Position numbers and translations under genes: made by a program. Source: Candidatus Micrarchaeota archaeon (lineage in GTDB: Archaea; Micrarchaeota; Micrarchaeia; Anstonellales; JAHKLY01). From it: DNA of 64,000 nt. Positions 29,564 to 39,638 of the stretch are shown here, in pieces. Under the pieces are notes generated by a model that was given only the letters and a program-made list of their open reading frames with translations, had not been told where the DNA came from and did no database searches. The stretch's first letter is position 1; each line of letters begins with the position of its first letter. The stretch covers positions 1 to 64,000 of the forward strand of contig JAHKLY010000001.1 of the NCBI GenBank assembly GCA_020854825.1. Reading direction: 5' to 3'.

Positions 29564-30772
29564 TTAAAGACCTAATAAATAAGTTATAATGGGCATTAAA
29601 TGTTTTCCATATATTAAACCTAACTCTCCTTTTGCGCAATTCTTTTCATTAAATACCTTAATCTTATCATTAGGTATTTCATCTGCATAAATCAAAATAG
29701 GCACTGGATCTGAAGTATGCTCGCCAATAGAACAAGGAGTTGCATGATCCCCAGTAATAATTATTGGAGTATTTTTTAACTTCATTAATGGTTTAATAGC
29801 TTTATCTATTTTTTCAATAAATTCTATCTTTTTCTTGCAATTTTTATCATGTCCAAAAACATCAGTTGCTTTAATATGTAAAAATACTAAATCATATTTT
29901 TTAACTGCTTTAAGAGTTGCTTTGATTTTAGCGTTTAAATCAGTAAATTCATCACCTGTTGCGCCTTTTACGTTAATATTATCCATACCTACATAACAGG
30001 CACACCCTTTATATAAAGCTCCGCCAGCAATACAACAAGCCTTTATTCCGAAACGTTCTTTCATTGGTGCTATAGGACAATAATACCCAGGACCGCGTAG
30101 TAATAATATATTTGCAGGCAATATTCTACTTTTGTTCATCTTATTTTTTGAAAGTATCTCTATTGATTTTTTTGTGAATTCATTTATTATTTCGGCAGTT
30201 CTTTTAGCCTCTTTTGAGTTCTTAATAGGAACACTTTTTAGATATTTTTTATTTTTCCAATTTGAAATTAATTCTCCCTCTTTTGGATGTGCTGGATCAG
30301 TATTTGTTATTTCATGGGACAAACCTTTTCCTCGTAATATTAATACTCCTCTATGATCTACTGTTTGTTTAAATATTATTTCTGCTCCTTTAATTTTAAT
30401 TGAATTTATCTCTTTTTCTAATTTTTTAGCTTCTTTAGATTTTATTCTTCCTGCCCTTCTATCTAACACTTTTCCTTTTGAATCAATTGTTGCAAAATTA
30501 GTTCTAAACGCAATATCTCCATTACATAATTTTATTCCTGCACCCAATGCTTCTAATGGTCCTCTTCCTTTAAGATATATTTCTGGAGAGTAACCAAATA
30601 ATTCTAAATGCGCACCTTCACTTTCAGGAACTCTTTTATCAGAATGTATTTGAATTAAACCACAGGTCCCATTTTTCAATAAACTATCCATATTTGGATG
30701 TTTAGATTTAGATAAAGCACTTGTATTTATTTTCCCTCCTAATCCATCTAAAATCATTAAAATTACTGCCAT
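29564..30772 (-). CDS. apgM: 2,3-bisphosphoglycerate-independent phosphoglycerate mutase
   Basis: ILDGLG, PESEGAH, GRGPLEALG, FRTNFAT, DRRAGRI, HIKATDVFGHD, TGDHATP, HTSDPVP. Confidence 0.95.
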   Translation of the reverse strand: MAVILMILDGLGGKINTSALSKSKHPNMDSLLKNGTCGLIQIHSDKRVPESEGAHLELFGYSPEIYLKGRGPLEALGAGIKLCNGDIAFRTNFATIDSKGKVLDRRAGRIKSKEAKKLEKEINSIKIKGAEIIFKQTVDHRGVLILRGKGLSHEITNTDPAHPKEGELISNWKNKKYLKSVPIKNSKEAKRTAEIINEFTKKSIEILSKNKMNKSRILPANILLLRGPGYYCPIAPMKERFGIKACCIAGGALYKGCACYVGMDNINVKGATGDEFTDLNAKIKATLKAVKKYDLVFLHIKATDVFGHDKNCKKKIEFIEKIDKAIKPLMKLKNTPIIITGDHATPCSIGEHTSDPVPILIYADEIPNDKIKVFNEKNCAKGELGLIYGKHLMPIITYLLGL

Positions 30773-30809
30773 ATAAAAATAAAGAAAAGAAGGTTTTTAA
30801 TTGTGTCTC

Positions 30810-31754
30810 TTATTTGGAAACACAATAATATAATCTATCACTTGATGGATTTAAATCACAAGAGGTTCCTGTTGAACAATGACTGTCACTTCCACACATG
30901 CCATGTTTTAGAGCACATCTATATGTAACAATATCACACATTTCCCAAGGATTACATTGTGAATCATAATTACAATAACCTGCTAATGCCTCACATTTAT
31001 TAGTTGATTGAACACATTTTTCATGTTTCATACAATCTTTATCAGTTAAACAGTATCCAGACTTGGGTTTACAAGTATTTGATGTTCTATCACATAATTG
31101 CCAGTTTAGACAGTCTACATCAGTCCCACATCTCCCTTTAGAAGCAAAACACCTTCTAAGATTTAAATTACAAGTTTGCCAAGAGTCACAATTTAAATCA
31201 TTATTACAAAACCCATCTCTTGGCTCACAATAATTTGTTTTTTCATTACATATTTCCCATTCATTGCAATCTAATGTTATAGTACATCTGCCTTCCAATG
31301 GATAACATCTCCCCATGGAAACATCACATAATTCCCAGGCTTCACAATGAAAATTATTCTCACATAACCCCGATTTTGGAACACATTGGTGTGTTAATTT
31401 AGAACACTCTTGAGTATAAATATTGCATTGAGAATCTTCAGTACAATATCCTGATTTTGCATAACAAGTATTTATTGAAGAATCACATAATTGCCAATAT
31501 TGACAATCTGCATCAACTCTACAGGCATTAGTTTTGAAAACACACTTTCCCGTTTCTGAATTACATTCTTTTAATTCATCTCCACATTCAGAATCTAACA
31601 CACAATATCCTGGTTTTGCTTCACATACTCCAGTTGCAGTATTACACTTTTCATATGATCTGCATTGTGCATCTAATTTACATCCACTATTTTGTGTGCA
31701 TCCCATTAATATAAAAAGTCCAAAAATAATACAAACAAGAATTATTTTTTTCAT
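30810..31754 (-). CDS. Cys-rich repeat lipoprotein
   Basis: Lipobox LMGC; about 11 repeats of roughly 26 aa, C..D..C..W..C......C....G. Confidence 0.85.
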   Translation of the reverse strand: MKKIILVCIIFGLFILMGCTQNSGCKLDAQCRSYEKCNTATGVCEAKPGYCVLDSECGDELKECNSETGKCVFKTNACRVDADCQYWQLCDSSINTCYAKSGYCTEDSQCNIYTQECSKLTHQCVPKSGLCENNFHCEAWELCDVSMGRCYPLEGRCTITLDCNEWEICNEKTNYCEPRDGFCNNDLNCDSWQTCNLNLRRCFASKGRCGTDVDCLNWQLCDRTSNTCKPKSGYCLTDKDCMKHEKCVQSTNKCEALAGYCNYDSQCNPWEMCDIVTYRCALKHGMCGSDSHCSTGTSCDLNPSSDRLYYCVSK

Positions 31755-33562
31755 ATATATCTACCTCTTTTTGTTTTTTTGAAAACTTTATGTGATAAAA
31801 ATAAAGCTAATAAAAGAACTAAGATTATTATTAAAAATCCCATATTCACTACGTCAAATGAGCTTCCTAATGCTTTTTCTGCTATCTCTTTTGCAGCTTC
31901 TGGATCTTCATAAACTATTGTTTTTGCTTTTTTCAATTCATTATTAAAAATAGGATTATTTTTTGATTCTGCTTCTATTATTTTTTCTAGTGCTTGGTCT
32001 ATTTTACTCTTAGTTTCTGAAAAAGATATATTCAATAAATCAAATTCAGTATCAAAAATATCTAAAGACTTCCTTGTATTTATTAAATCTCCTACTTCAA
32101 CATAAGAAATTGCAACTTCTAATTTCTGATCTAATGAATTAAAATTTATAGTTTGTTTATATTTTTCAGCTTGAAATTTTAATAAATCTAACTCTTCTTT
32201 TGAATTATTTAATCGTTCTTCAATAAATTCATCAGTTTCTAATAAAACTTCGTTTGGATTTTTAAAATTTTCTAAAGATAAATGTATACTATATAAGTAC
32301 TCTAAAGATTCAATATATTCATCATTAAAAAAAGAGTATTCAAATCTAATAAACAACTCTTGCTCCGGCGATAAATTATATAAATTTGAATAATATAAAA
32401 GATAAGATTCAATATCTTTTGAAACTTCTTGTAATTCTGCCTCTAAAATTTCGTTTATTTCTTTAATTGCTTCGTCATATTTTTTATCAAATTCTTCAAT
32501 TTTTTCTTGAGATAATTGATAGTTTGATTCTAAATAATAATACTCTGCACTTTTATAATACTCACTTATATCTATGCTACTATTTATCCCCAATTTATTT
32601 GTTTTTTCTAATGTTAATTGTAAACTCTCTAATTTTTCTTCTGCTATATTCAATTTTTCTAAAGTAGTATCCATTAAAAGTTCAAATTCAAAATCATAAA
32701 TTTCTACTCTTGAATTCCCCGTATCTGCAACATATACTTTACCATCAAAATAAAAAACGTCTTCTGGGTTATAAAACTCATACTTTTCATCTCCTTCTGT
32801 CCCAAGTGTTTCTAATAAATTACCTAATAAATCAAAAACCACTATCCTATTATTACCTGTATCTGCTACAAACACAAACTTATCATTTACAAAAACTCCT
32901 CTAGGATCTTTTAAAAAAATATCATCCCTACCTTTTCCTATATTTCTTATAAAATTAAAATCTTGGTCTACAACTTGAATTCTATTATTACCAGAATCTG
33001 CAATATATAAATAATTATTTGGGCCAACAAAAATATCTGATGGACCATCAAATTGACTATTAAACCTTCCTTTATTTATATACGTTTGATTGTATGATTC
33101 ATCACTATTATGTATATATACTCTACTACTAGATTTATCCAATATATAAAAATATCTGTCTACAAATGCAATCGCATAAGGATCTGAATAAAAATGGATA
33201 TTTTTAGAAAATACATCTAAACTAGGTCTTTTTTTATAAATCTTAATCTCTTTGTCATCACATATATATATTTCTTCATTAAATAAAAATATCCCTTTTG
33301 GTTCGTCTAATTCATTGATACTTGATCTTGAATATCCTATTTTTTTCTGCACTTCTCCATTGTATTCTAACATATATACAATTTGCATGCTGGTGTCTGA
33401 AACATAAATATAATTTTCATCCACCCATAAACTAATTGGATTATTAAATAATTCATCTCCTTTTGTTCCATTTAATGTTTTATCATAGATAAATTCTGCA
33501 TTTATTATAGAAAAACTTAACAATATGATGAATACAATACATAATTTCTTCATACCCTTCAC
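31751..33562 (-). CDS. Secreted NHL-repeat beta-propeller protein with C-terminal membrane anchor
   Basis: F..P.(D/G)I...YIADSGNNRIQV, VADTGNNRIVVFD, VADTGNSRV; signal peptide and C-terminal TM. Confidence 0.9.
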   Translation of the reverse strand: MKGMKKLCIVFIILLSFSIINAEFIYDKTLNGTKGDELFNNPISLWVDENYIYVSDTSMQIVYMLEYNGEVQKKIGYSRSSINELDEPKGIFLFNEEIYICDDKEIKIYKKRPSLDVFSKNIHFYSDPYAIAFVDRYFYILDKSSSRVYIHNSDESYNQTYINKGRFNSQFDGPSDIFVGPNNYLYIADSGNNRIQVVDQDFNFIRNIGKGRDDIFLKDPRGVFVNDKFVFVADTGNNRIVVFDLLGNLLETLGTEGDEKYEFYNPEDVFYFDGKVYVADTGNSRVEIYDFEFELLMDTTLEKLNIAEEKLESLQLTLEKTNKLGINSSIDISEYYKSAEYYYLESNYQLSQEKIEEFDKKYDEAIKEINEILEAELQEVSKDIESYLLYYSNLYNLSPEQELFIRFEYSFFNDEYIESLEYLYSIHLSLENFKNPNEVLLETDEFIEERLNNSKEELDLLKFQAEKYKQTINFNSLDQKLEVAISYVEVGDLINTRKSLDIFDTEFDLLNISFSETKSKIDQALEKIIEAESKNNPIFNNELKKAKTIVYEDPEAAKEIAEKALGSSFDVVNMGFLIIILVLLLALFLSHKVFKKTKRGRYI

Positions 33563-33741
33563 CTTACCCCAGTTGCGTAATAATTTTTAATATCTACTAT
33601 TTTTATTTTTAATTCTTCTCCTTTTTTAGCATTTTTAATATATATGGGAAAATTTTCTATTTTAGCAATTCCTTCATGATTAGCTGTTTCTGATATTATG
33701 TTAACTAAATATTTTTTCCCTTTTTCAATAGGAACTATCAT
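33559..33741 (-). CDS. Single TRAM domain RNA-binding protein
   Basis: PIEKGKKYLVNI...EGIAKIENFPIYIKNAKKGEELKIKI. Confidence 0.88.
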   Translation of the reverse strand: MIVPIEKGKKYLVNIISETANHEGIAKIENFPIYIKNAKKGEELKIKIVDIKNYYATGVR

Positions 33742-33794
33742 ATATAAATTTTAATCCAAAAGTATTTATAAATACGTCTATTATAAAGTAATAC

Positions 33795-34400
33795 ATGGTT
33801 TCCGAATTACAAGCAGACTATTTAATAAAATTAGCTAGAAATGCAGTAGAACAATACATTGAAACTAATAAAAAAATAACTCCTACTTTAAAAGACCAAG
33901 AATTAAATGAAGAAGCAGGTGTTTATGTTACTCTTAAATCTTTCCCTGAAGAAGAATTAAGAGGAGAAATTGGATATCCATATCCTATGGGAGAAATAAG
34001 TAGTAATATTATAGATAACGCCATAAGTGCAGCATTACATGACCCTAGATTTCCTTCTATTAAAAAGGATGAATTAAATACAATAATATTTGAGATCAGT
34101 ATACTATCAAGACCAAAAATATTGACTGTTTCTTCCCCTGAAGATTATATATCGAAAATAAAAATAGGAAAAAATGGATTGATTATAAAATATGGTGGGG
34201 CAACAGGGGTGTTATTGCCTCAAATCCCCATAGAATATAATTGGGGAGCCAAAGAATTCCTATGTCAAACATGTCAAAAAGCAGGATTACCCAAAGAGAT
34301 GTGGAAACGGCCCACTGTTGAAATATATACATTTGAAGCAGAAATAATAAAAGAAGAAAAACCACTAGGAAAAGTAATTAAAAAACGTTTATTTAGGTGA
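33795..34400 (+). CDS. AMMECR1 / AmmeMemoRadiSam protein A
   Basis: GVYVTL...LRGEIG, AALHDPRF, EISILS, GVLLPQ, CQKAGL. Confidence 0.92.
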   Translation: MVSELQADYLIKLARNAVEQYIETNKKITPTLKDQELNEEAGVYVTLKSFPEEELRGEIGYPYPMGEISSNIIDNAISAALHDPRFPSIKKDELNTIIFEISILSRPKILTVSSPEDYISKIKIGKNGLIIKYGGATGVLLPQIPIEYNWGAKEFLCQTCQKAGLPKEMWKRPTVEIYTFEAEIIKEEKPLGKVIKKRLFR

Positions 34401-35098
34401 TTAAAATATCTGTTGTAAAAGTGAATAATAAATATTTCATTGAAATATCAGAAGAAATTGCAAAGTACTTAGGACAAAATATAAACATAACAAAAACAAA
34501 TGATGGAATATTAATAAAAAAAGATAAAAATGTTATAACCAAAGAAGAATTTTCAGTTTTAAAAAAATTAAATTCTTTTAAATTTGAAAAAAGAATCCCT
34601 TCTGAAGTTAATAAAATACTTACAAAATATGAAAAAGATGCATTAGATTCATTAATTTCTAAAAAAACAGTTTCTATATATAAAGAAGGAAAATATAAAA
34701 AAACAGGAGTATATAGTATATCCCAATCTATATACCCTAGATTATTGAATAAAAACAAAGAAGTAGAAAAAAAAGGTGTTTTTGGTAATGATAATTACCT
34801 AATAATAACTGATGAAAATGAAGCAAAAAGAATAAGCAATCAACTAAAAGAAGAAATAAAAAATAGAGATATAAGAGGAACACGTGGTTTTGATGGGAAA
34901 TTTTATATTGCAACTAAAGAGTTTTATGAAAAATATAAACTACCTATTTTAAAAATACTTGAAGGTAAAAATTTAAAATTGAGTGAAATAAGCAGCAATA
35001 TAAAAATACCTGAAACTGCTTGTTTAGTAGCATTAAGACTTTTAGACGAAGATGGAGAAATATTAGAAAAGAAAAAAAATGTTTTTTGTTTAATTTAA
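34397..35098 (+). CDS. Hypothetical protein, C-terminal wHTH-like
   Basis: LKLSEISSNIKIPETACLVALRLLDEDGEI. Confidence 0.7.
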   Translation: MIKISVVKVNNKYFIEISEEIAKYLGQNINITKTNDGILIKKDKNVITKEEFSVLKKLNSFKFEKRIPSEVNKILTKYEKDALDSLISKKTVSIYKEGKYKKTGVYSISQSIYPRLLNKNKEVEKKGVFGNDNYLIITDENEAKRISNQLKEEIKNRDIRGTRGFDGKFYIATKEFYEKYKLPILKILEGKNLKLSEISSNIKIPETACLVALRLLDEDGEILEKKKNVFCLI

Positions 35099-35527
35099 AC
35101 AAATATCTGGTTTTATATCATAATGCTGGCAGATCCAATCTATTAATGCGCTTTTTTCTAAATAGCCTGTGTAAAAATAGGTTTCATTATTTTTATGAAG
35201 TGCATATGCAGGTACGCCTTGAATCTTATTCATATCTTTATATTCTTCTTGTATTTTCATTATTTCTGGGTTGGTATGGCGCTCTGTTAAATTAATATAT
35301 TTAACTATTAATTGCTCTTCTATAATTTCATCTTCCATATCTTTAACAATTAAAAGAGCAGGCAAACAAAACTCTTCACACCCATCTGCATATAAAAACT
35401 CTAATTTTAACTGCTCTTGAGTTAAATCATTTTGAATTGGTGTTTCTGTAATGCCTTGCTGTATACATCCAGGTAAAAAAATGATAAAACATAACACATA
35501 TATTATTTTAATCATGTCTTTCTTCAC
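35090..35527 (-). CDS. Thioredoxin-fold lipoprotein
   Basis: Lipobox LPGC, FLYADGCEEFC, IQGVP (cis-Pro), YTGY. Confidence 0.75.
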   Translation of the reverse strand: MKKDMIKIIYVLCFIIFLPGCIQQGITETPIQNDLTQEQLKLEFLYADGCEEFCLPALLIVKDMEDEIIEEQLIVKYINLTERHTNPEIMKIQEEYKDMNKIQGVPAYALHKNNETYFYTGYLEKSALIDWICQHYDIKPDICLN

Positions 35528-36078
35528 CTATCTTTAAATTTAATTAAAGAATGTACTTCATAATCTTTAAATTCATCTCTGGCTTTTAAATTAGTTAATT
35601 CAATTAAAAAACCTAATCCAACTATTGTTGCGCCTTGTTTTTCTATAGATTTTACTGCTGTTTTTGCAGTAGCCCCTCCTGCAAGTACATCATCAAAAAA
35701 TAATACTCGCTCTCCTCCCCTTATTGAATTTTGAGGCATTTCAAGGATATTTGCCCTGTAATCTAAACCATATTCTTTACTTAATGTCATATTTGATTTT
35801 CCTTTTCTTCTCATAGGGATGAAAGCAGCACCTAATGCAACTGCTAATGACGCACCAACTATAAAACCTCTTGGTTCAACAGCAACTACTGCTTCAACTT
35901 TTTGATTTTTATAATGTTCTTTTAACAAATTAATAGTATTATTAAACGATTCTGAATCAGTTAATATGGGTGTTATGTCTCTAAAATGTATTCCTGGTTT
36001 TGGAAAATTAGAAATATTATTAATTTTCTTTTTTAATTCAAATAATAAATCTTGTTTATGCATTTTTCTCGCCCCCAC
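35524..36078 (-). CDS. apt: Adenine phosphoribosyltransferase
   Basis: FPKPGIHFRDITP, EPRGFI, PRPP loop VLFFDDVLAGGAT. Confidence 0.93.
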   Translation of the reverse strand: MGARKMHKQDLLFELKKKINNISNFPKPGIHFRDITPILTDSESFNNTINLLKEHYKNQKVEAVVAVEPRGFIVGASLAVALGAAFIPMRRKGKSNMTLSKEYGLDYRANILEMPQNSIRGGERVLFFDDVLAGGATAKTAVKSIEKQGATIVGLGFLIELTNLKARDEFKDYEVHSLIKFKDR

Positions 36079-36132
36079 CTATAGAATTAGGTGTTAACTA
36101 ATATATGAAAGCTATTAAAAAGGGATTGGAGA

Positions 36133-37452
36133 TTAATTTATCTTCAAAAGTAGTATTTGAATAATATTTGATTTTTCTTTTAATTCATATTTTGCTTTTA
36201 AAATAGGAACTTTGGTTTTAATTAATAATTTCAAATCAATAGGCGTTCCAGATACTATATAATCCAATTTTTCTTTTTTATGAATATTTAAAATTATCTT
36301 TTCTAATTCTTTAATCTGTTCTTTTGAATATCCCATTGCAGGTAATACTCTCCCATCTAAATGAGAGTATTTTTCGAACGTTTGTTTAATACTTCCAGAA
36401 ATATATTTTTTACAATTAATTATTTTTGGATTTTCAGGAATAACTGCCTTGTAACCAGCACCAAATGACATTCCTCCATGTGTTAAAGTAGGACCATCTT
36501 CAATAATTAAAATTTTTTTATTTTTTATAATTATATTTCCTTCTAATGTAATAATAGAGTCTGCATGGATTATTTTAGCTTTTGAATTCATATTCTTTGC
36601 ATTTAATACTATTGTATCAATATCTCGGTTATTTGCTGTATTCTCCTTATTTATTATAATCGCATCTGCAATCCTAAATGTTATTTCTCCAGGATAAAAA
36701 AGTTTTTCGTGACCTGGTCTTAATGCATCTGCAACTGTAAACATCAGATCTGGTTTATAAAAAGGTGTGTCATTATTTCCCCCATCCCAAATTATTACAT
36801 CTGCTTCCAATTCTGCTTGTTTTAGAATCCTTTGATAATCTACCCCTGCATAAACTATAAATCCATTTTTTATATGCTCTTCATACTCCTCTCTTTCTTC
36901 AATAGTAGTATTATATTTTTCTAAATCTTGTAAAGTTTCAAATCTTTGCACTACTTGTTTTGATAAATCTCCATATGGCATTGGGTGCCTAATTATAATT
37001 ACCCGTTTTCCTTTTTGTTTTAAATAATTTGCAATATATCTAGTAGTTTGACTTTTACCACAACCTGTTCTAACAGCACAAACAGCAATAACTGGTTTTT
37101 TAGATTTTAACATTGTGCTTTCTGCTGAAAGCATTTTAAAATCAGCACCAGCTGAATTAACACGAGATGCCAAATTCATAACATAATTATAAGAAAGATC
37201 ACTATAACTTAAAATACATTCATCAATTTTATATTTTTTAATTAATTTTTCTAAATCCTGTTCTGGATAAATGGGGATTCCTTTAGGATACATTTTTCCA
37301 CTTAATATTTTAGGATATTTTCTTCCATCTATCCCTGGGATTTGAGTTGCTGTAAAACAAATAACCTCATATTCATTATTATCTTTAAATAAAACATTAA
37401 AATTATGAAAATCTCTTCCTGCTGCACCAATAATTACTATCTTTTTTTTCAT
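36133..37452 (-). CDS. arcE: Arginine synthetase ArcE / cyclic-2,3-diphosphoglycerate synthetase family P-loop protein
   Basis: GAAGRDFHNFN, FTATQIP.IDGRKYP, AVRTGCGKSQT, RHPMPYG, TIEEREEYE, WDGGNND, EDGPTLTHGGM, PAMGY. Confidence 0.8.
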   Translation of the reverse strand: MKKKIVIIGAAGRDFHNFNVLFKDNNEYEVICFTATQIPGIDGRKYPKILSGKMYPKGIPIYPEQDLEKLIKKYKIDECILSYSDLSYNYVMNLASRVNSAGADFKMLSAESTMLKSKKPVIAVCAVRTGCGKSQTTRYIANYLKQKGKRVIIIRHPMPYGDLSKQVVQRFETLQDLEKYNTTIEEREEYEEHIKNGFIVYAGVDYQRILKQAELEADVIIWDGGNNDTPFYKPDLMFTVADALRPGHEKLFYPGEITFRIADAIIINKENTANNRDIDTIVLNAKNMNSKAKIIHADSIITLEGNIIIKNKKILIIEDGPTLTHGGMSFGAGYKAVIPENPKIINCKKYISGSIKQTFEKYSHLDGRVLPAMGYSKEQIKELEKIILNIHKKEKLDYIVSGTPIDLKLLIKTKVPILKAKYELKEKSNIIQILLLKIN

Positions 37453-37460
37453 AAAAAAAC

Positions 37461-37850
37461 CTAAAGTAATTTTAGATCTTTGGTAAATTTATCTATTTGA
37501 TCTTCATACCAAGGTCCAATTGCAAAACAAGTTTTTGTTCCTGGTTTTATTTGAGTTAATCCTGCATCTCTAATTAAGGCAACTGGTATCTTTTTATCTT
37601 TTAATTTCTGAAATAAATCAACTAATTCTTTTTCGTTTTCAACTTTAACTACGACTTTTTTTTCCCCCCACATTTCCCATTTAGCTACTACTTCTGGATT
37701 ATCTCCCATCACAATTCTATATCCTGCTACTGCTGCATGGGCTACTTGCCCTGCTAATTTTCCTTTACCTAAAGTTATATCTTTCCTAATAACTATGACT
37801 TGTTTAATGGGAGAATTTGGGGTATTATTAGCTTTTTTTAAGAATATCAT
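37461..37850 (-). CDS. pth2: Peptidyl-tRNA hydrolase Pth2
   Basis: KQVIVIRKDI.LGKGKLAGQVAHA, DAGLTQI.PGT.T..AIGP. Confidence 0.96.
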   Translation of the reverse strand: MIFLKKANNTPNSPIKQVIVIRKDITLGKGKLAGQVAHAAVAGYRIVMGDNPEVVAKWEMWGEKKVVVKVENEKELVDLFQKLKDKKIPVALIRDAGLTQIKPGTKTCFAIGPWYEDQIDKFTKDLKLL

Positions 37851-37961
37851 ATTTGAATTATAATATGAAGATTAATAAAGATTTATCTTTTTTGTTTTGA
37901 AATTAGGTTAAAAATAGTAGAAGTTTTCGTTTTACAACGAAGAATAACGTTTATAAATATA

Positions 37962-38345
37962 GTGATTGTAGTTCTTACTGGTGACCGATATATGGCAAAA
38001 GCAAAATCAATGGAAAAAATCGGAGGCTACCTATTCATTCTAGGTATTATTTTAGCAGTAATACTTGGAGTAATGGGATCTGATCCAATGCTACTAGCAT
38101 TATTAGTAGTATTCGGAATAATTGTCGGTATCCTAAACATAAGCGACAAAGAAATTATAAATTTCTTAATTGCTGCAATTGCTTTAGGAATAGCAGGAAG
38201 TGCATTAGTAGGATTATCTGCAATCTTACCAGGTGACATCGGTGCATGGATTCTAGGAATCTTTAGTGCATTAGTTATGTTCATCGGAGGAGCAGTCATA
38301 TTCCCAGCACTAAAAGTTATATACGACATAGCAGCCGATAACTAA
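37962..38345 (+). CDS. Small four-TM membrane protein
   Basis: Hydrophobic; GIIVGILNISDKEIINFLIA; likely start ATG 37992 after GGTGA. Confidence 0.8.
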   Translation: MIVVLTGDRYMAKAKSMEKIGGYLFILGIILAVILGVMGSDPMLLALLVVFGIIVGILNISDKEIINFLIAAIALGIAGSALVGLSAILPGDIGAWILGIFSALVMFIGGAVIFPALKVIYDIAADN

Positions 38346-38487
38346 GAAACTATAACATCTATTAAGGGAATTTATTTTTTCCCTTTTTTTCTTTTATTTT
38401 TAAAATATATTTAGGTTTTGGCTAATTCATTTTTAATGTTAATAAGTTTATTAGTTTAAATATACACAATTTTATGCAGGGAAAATG

Positions 38488-38582
38488 TCTGATTCTAACC
38501 ATATCCTAAGGCGTCTTACTTAAATTTACTTCATTAATCCTATTTATAATTCTTCTGATTCTAAAAATATCCTAAGGCGTCT
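38488..38582. repeat. 29-bp direct repeat, two copies 66 bp apart
   Basis: TCTGATTCTAACCATATCCTAAGGCGTCT (38488-38516) and TCTGATTCTAAAAATATCCTAAGGCGTCT (38554-38582), 27/29 identical. Confidence 0.85.
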
Positions 38583-39167
38583 GCCTCGCTCACGATCTTC
38601 AGGATTCTCGGATTTTTCAAGCTCAGCCATTAATTTTATTATTTCTTGAATTTCCCAGTCTTCATCATCCATTGCATAACCTGCTCCAAAAAATTTATAT
38701 GAATCTGTATCTCCTAGTTTTTCTGCAAGTAGTTTTCCTTTTTCAATACACTCATCTCTTTCAGGATCTGCACCTCTGTATTTAGGTTTAATAGAATAAC
38801 GCTCTCCTTTTTTATACATATCTAATGCTTTAGAATAATTTACTTCTTGGATATGCGGGCTAATATGATATTCTGCACGTAATTCATAAAATTGACCTGC
38901 ATATAAATATTTATTATCTGATTCTAGAGATATTGCCAATTTTTTAGCAATTGATACCCAATGGATAATATTTGCAGCTGAATTAGTAACTGTTGCTTTT
39001 ATTATATTTAATATCTCTCTATATTCTTTTTTATCTAATGCTGTTATAAATTTATTTATACTATCTACATCTGTATTACAAAAAGGAGTGAAACTGAAAT
39101 TTATAGAAGATATAACTATTGGTTGAAAATCAACTGTTGTTTTTTCTTCAAGTATTTTAAATCCCAT
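38544..39167 (-). CDS. Alpha-helical (TPR/SNAP-like) hypothetical protein, paralog of the N-half of 44011..45174
   Basis: NIIHWVS...YLYAGQFYELRAE...ECIEKG aligns with NILWVS...YQYAGELLELRAE...ECIKKG. Confidence 0.75.
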   Translation of the reverse strand: MGFKILEEKTTVDFQPIVISSINFSFTPFCNTDVDSINKFITALDKKEYREILNIIKATVTNSAANIIHWVSIAKKLAISLESDNKYLYAGQFYELRAEYHISPHIQEVNYSKALDMYKKGERYSIKPKYRGADPERDECIEKGKLLAEKLGDTDSYKFFGAGYAMDDEDWEIQEIIKLMAELEKSENPEDRERGRRLRIFLESEEL

Positions 39168-39602
39168 TTAATCCTCTTTTATTTTTGATTTTTGTTGATT
39201 GGTTTTTTCTATTTCTCCATATAATTTACTTAAATATTCAATCTTTTTTTGGCAGTGCTGTATATCTTGATTTTGTAAATCCAGTCTTTTAGTCTCTTCT
39301 GTCCATGAACTAATTGCATATCTAATGTGTTCAAGTGCCTCATCTATCTGTTTTGTTTCAACATATTTTAAAGCGATTTTTTCAAATAAAATAGCACAAT
39401 CATGAAAAAGAGGAATAGAAGTACGAAACTCTTCAGCAAGATAATTAGAAGCTGATGTTAAATCCCCAATTTCAAAACTTCTTTTTGCAAGAAAAATATA
39501 TGCCTTTAATTCTTCTGCTTCTTTAAATGTCTCATTAAAAATAGTGGCTTGTTTTTGTATTTCTGGTTTAACCCCTAATATATTTTTTGACTGTACTCCC
39601 AT
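39168..39602 (-). CDS. TPR-like hypothetical protein, paralog of 45176..45607
   Basis: AYIFLAK...GDL...CAILFEKIALKY...ALEHIRYAISSW aligns with AYIFNAK...GDL...CARLFETLAIKY...ALENIEYSISSW. Confidence 0.8.
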   Translation of the reverse strand: MGVQSKNILGVKPEIQKQATIFNETFKEAEELKAYIFLAKRSFEIGDLTSASNYLAEEFRTSIPLFHDCAILFEKIALKYVETKQIDEALEHIRYAISSWTEETKRLDLQNQDIQHCQKKIEYLSKLYGEIEKTNQQKSKIKED

Positions 39603-39638
39603 AATATTATATTGAACTTTATATTTATAAACATTTAC

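Noticed and set aside
38488-38582. CRISPR array (29-bp repeat + 37-bp spacer)
   Set aside because: Only two copies, one inside a coding region; no cas genes in the window and no third repeat at +/-66 bp
38488-38582. Diversity-generating retroelement TR/VR pair
   Set aside because: Too short, the differences are not at adenines on the coding strand, and no reverse transcriptase is present
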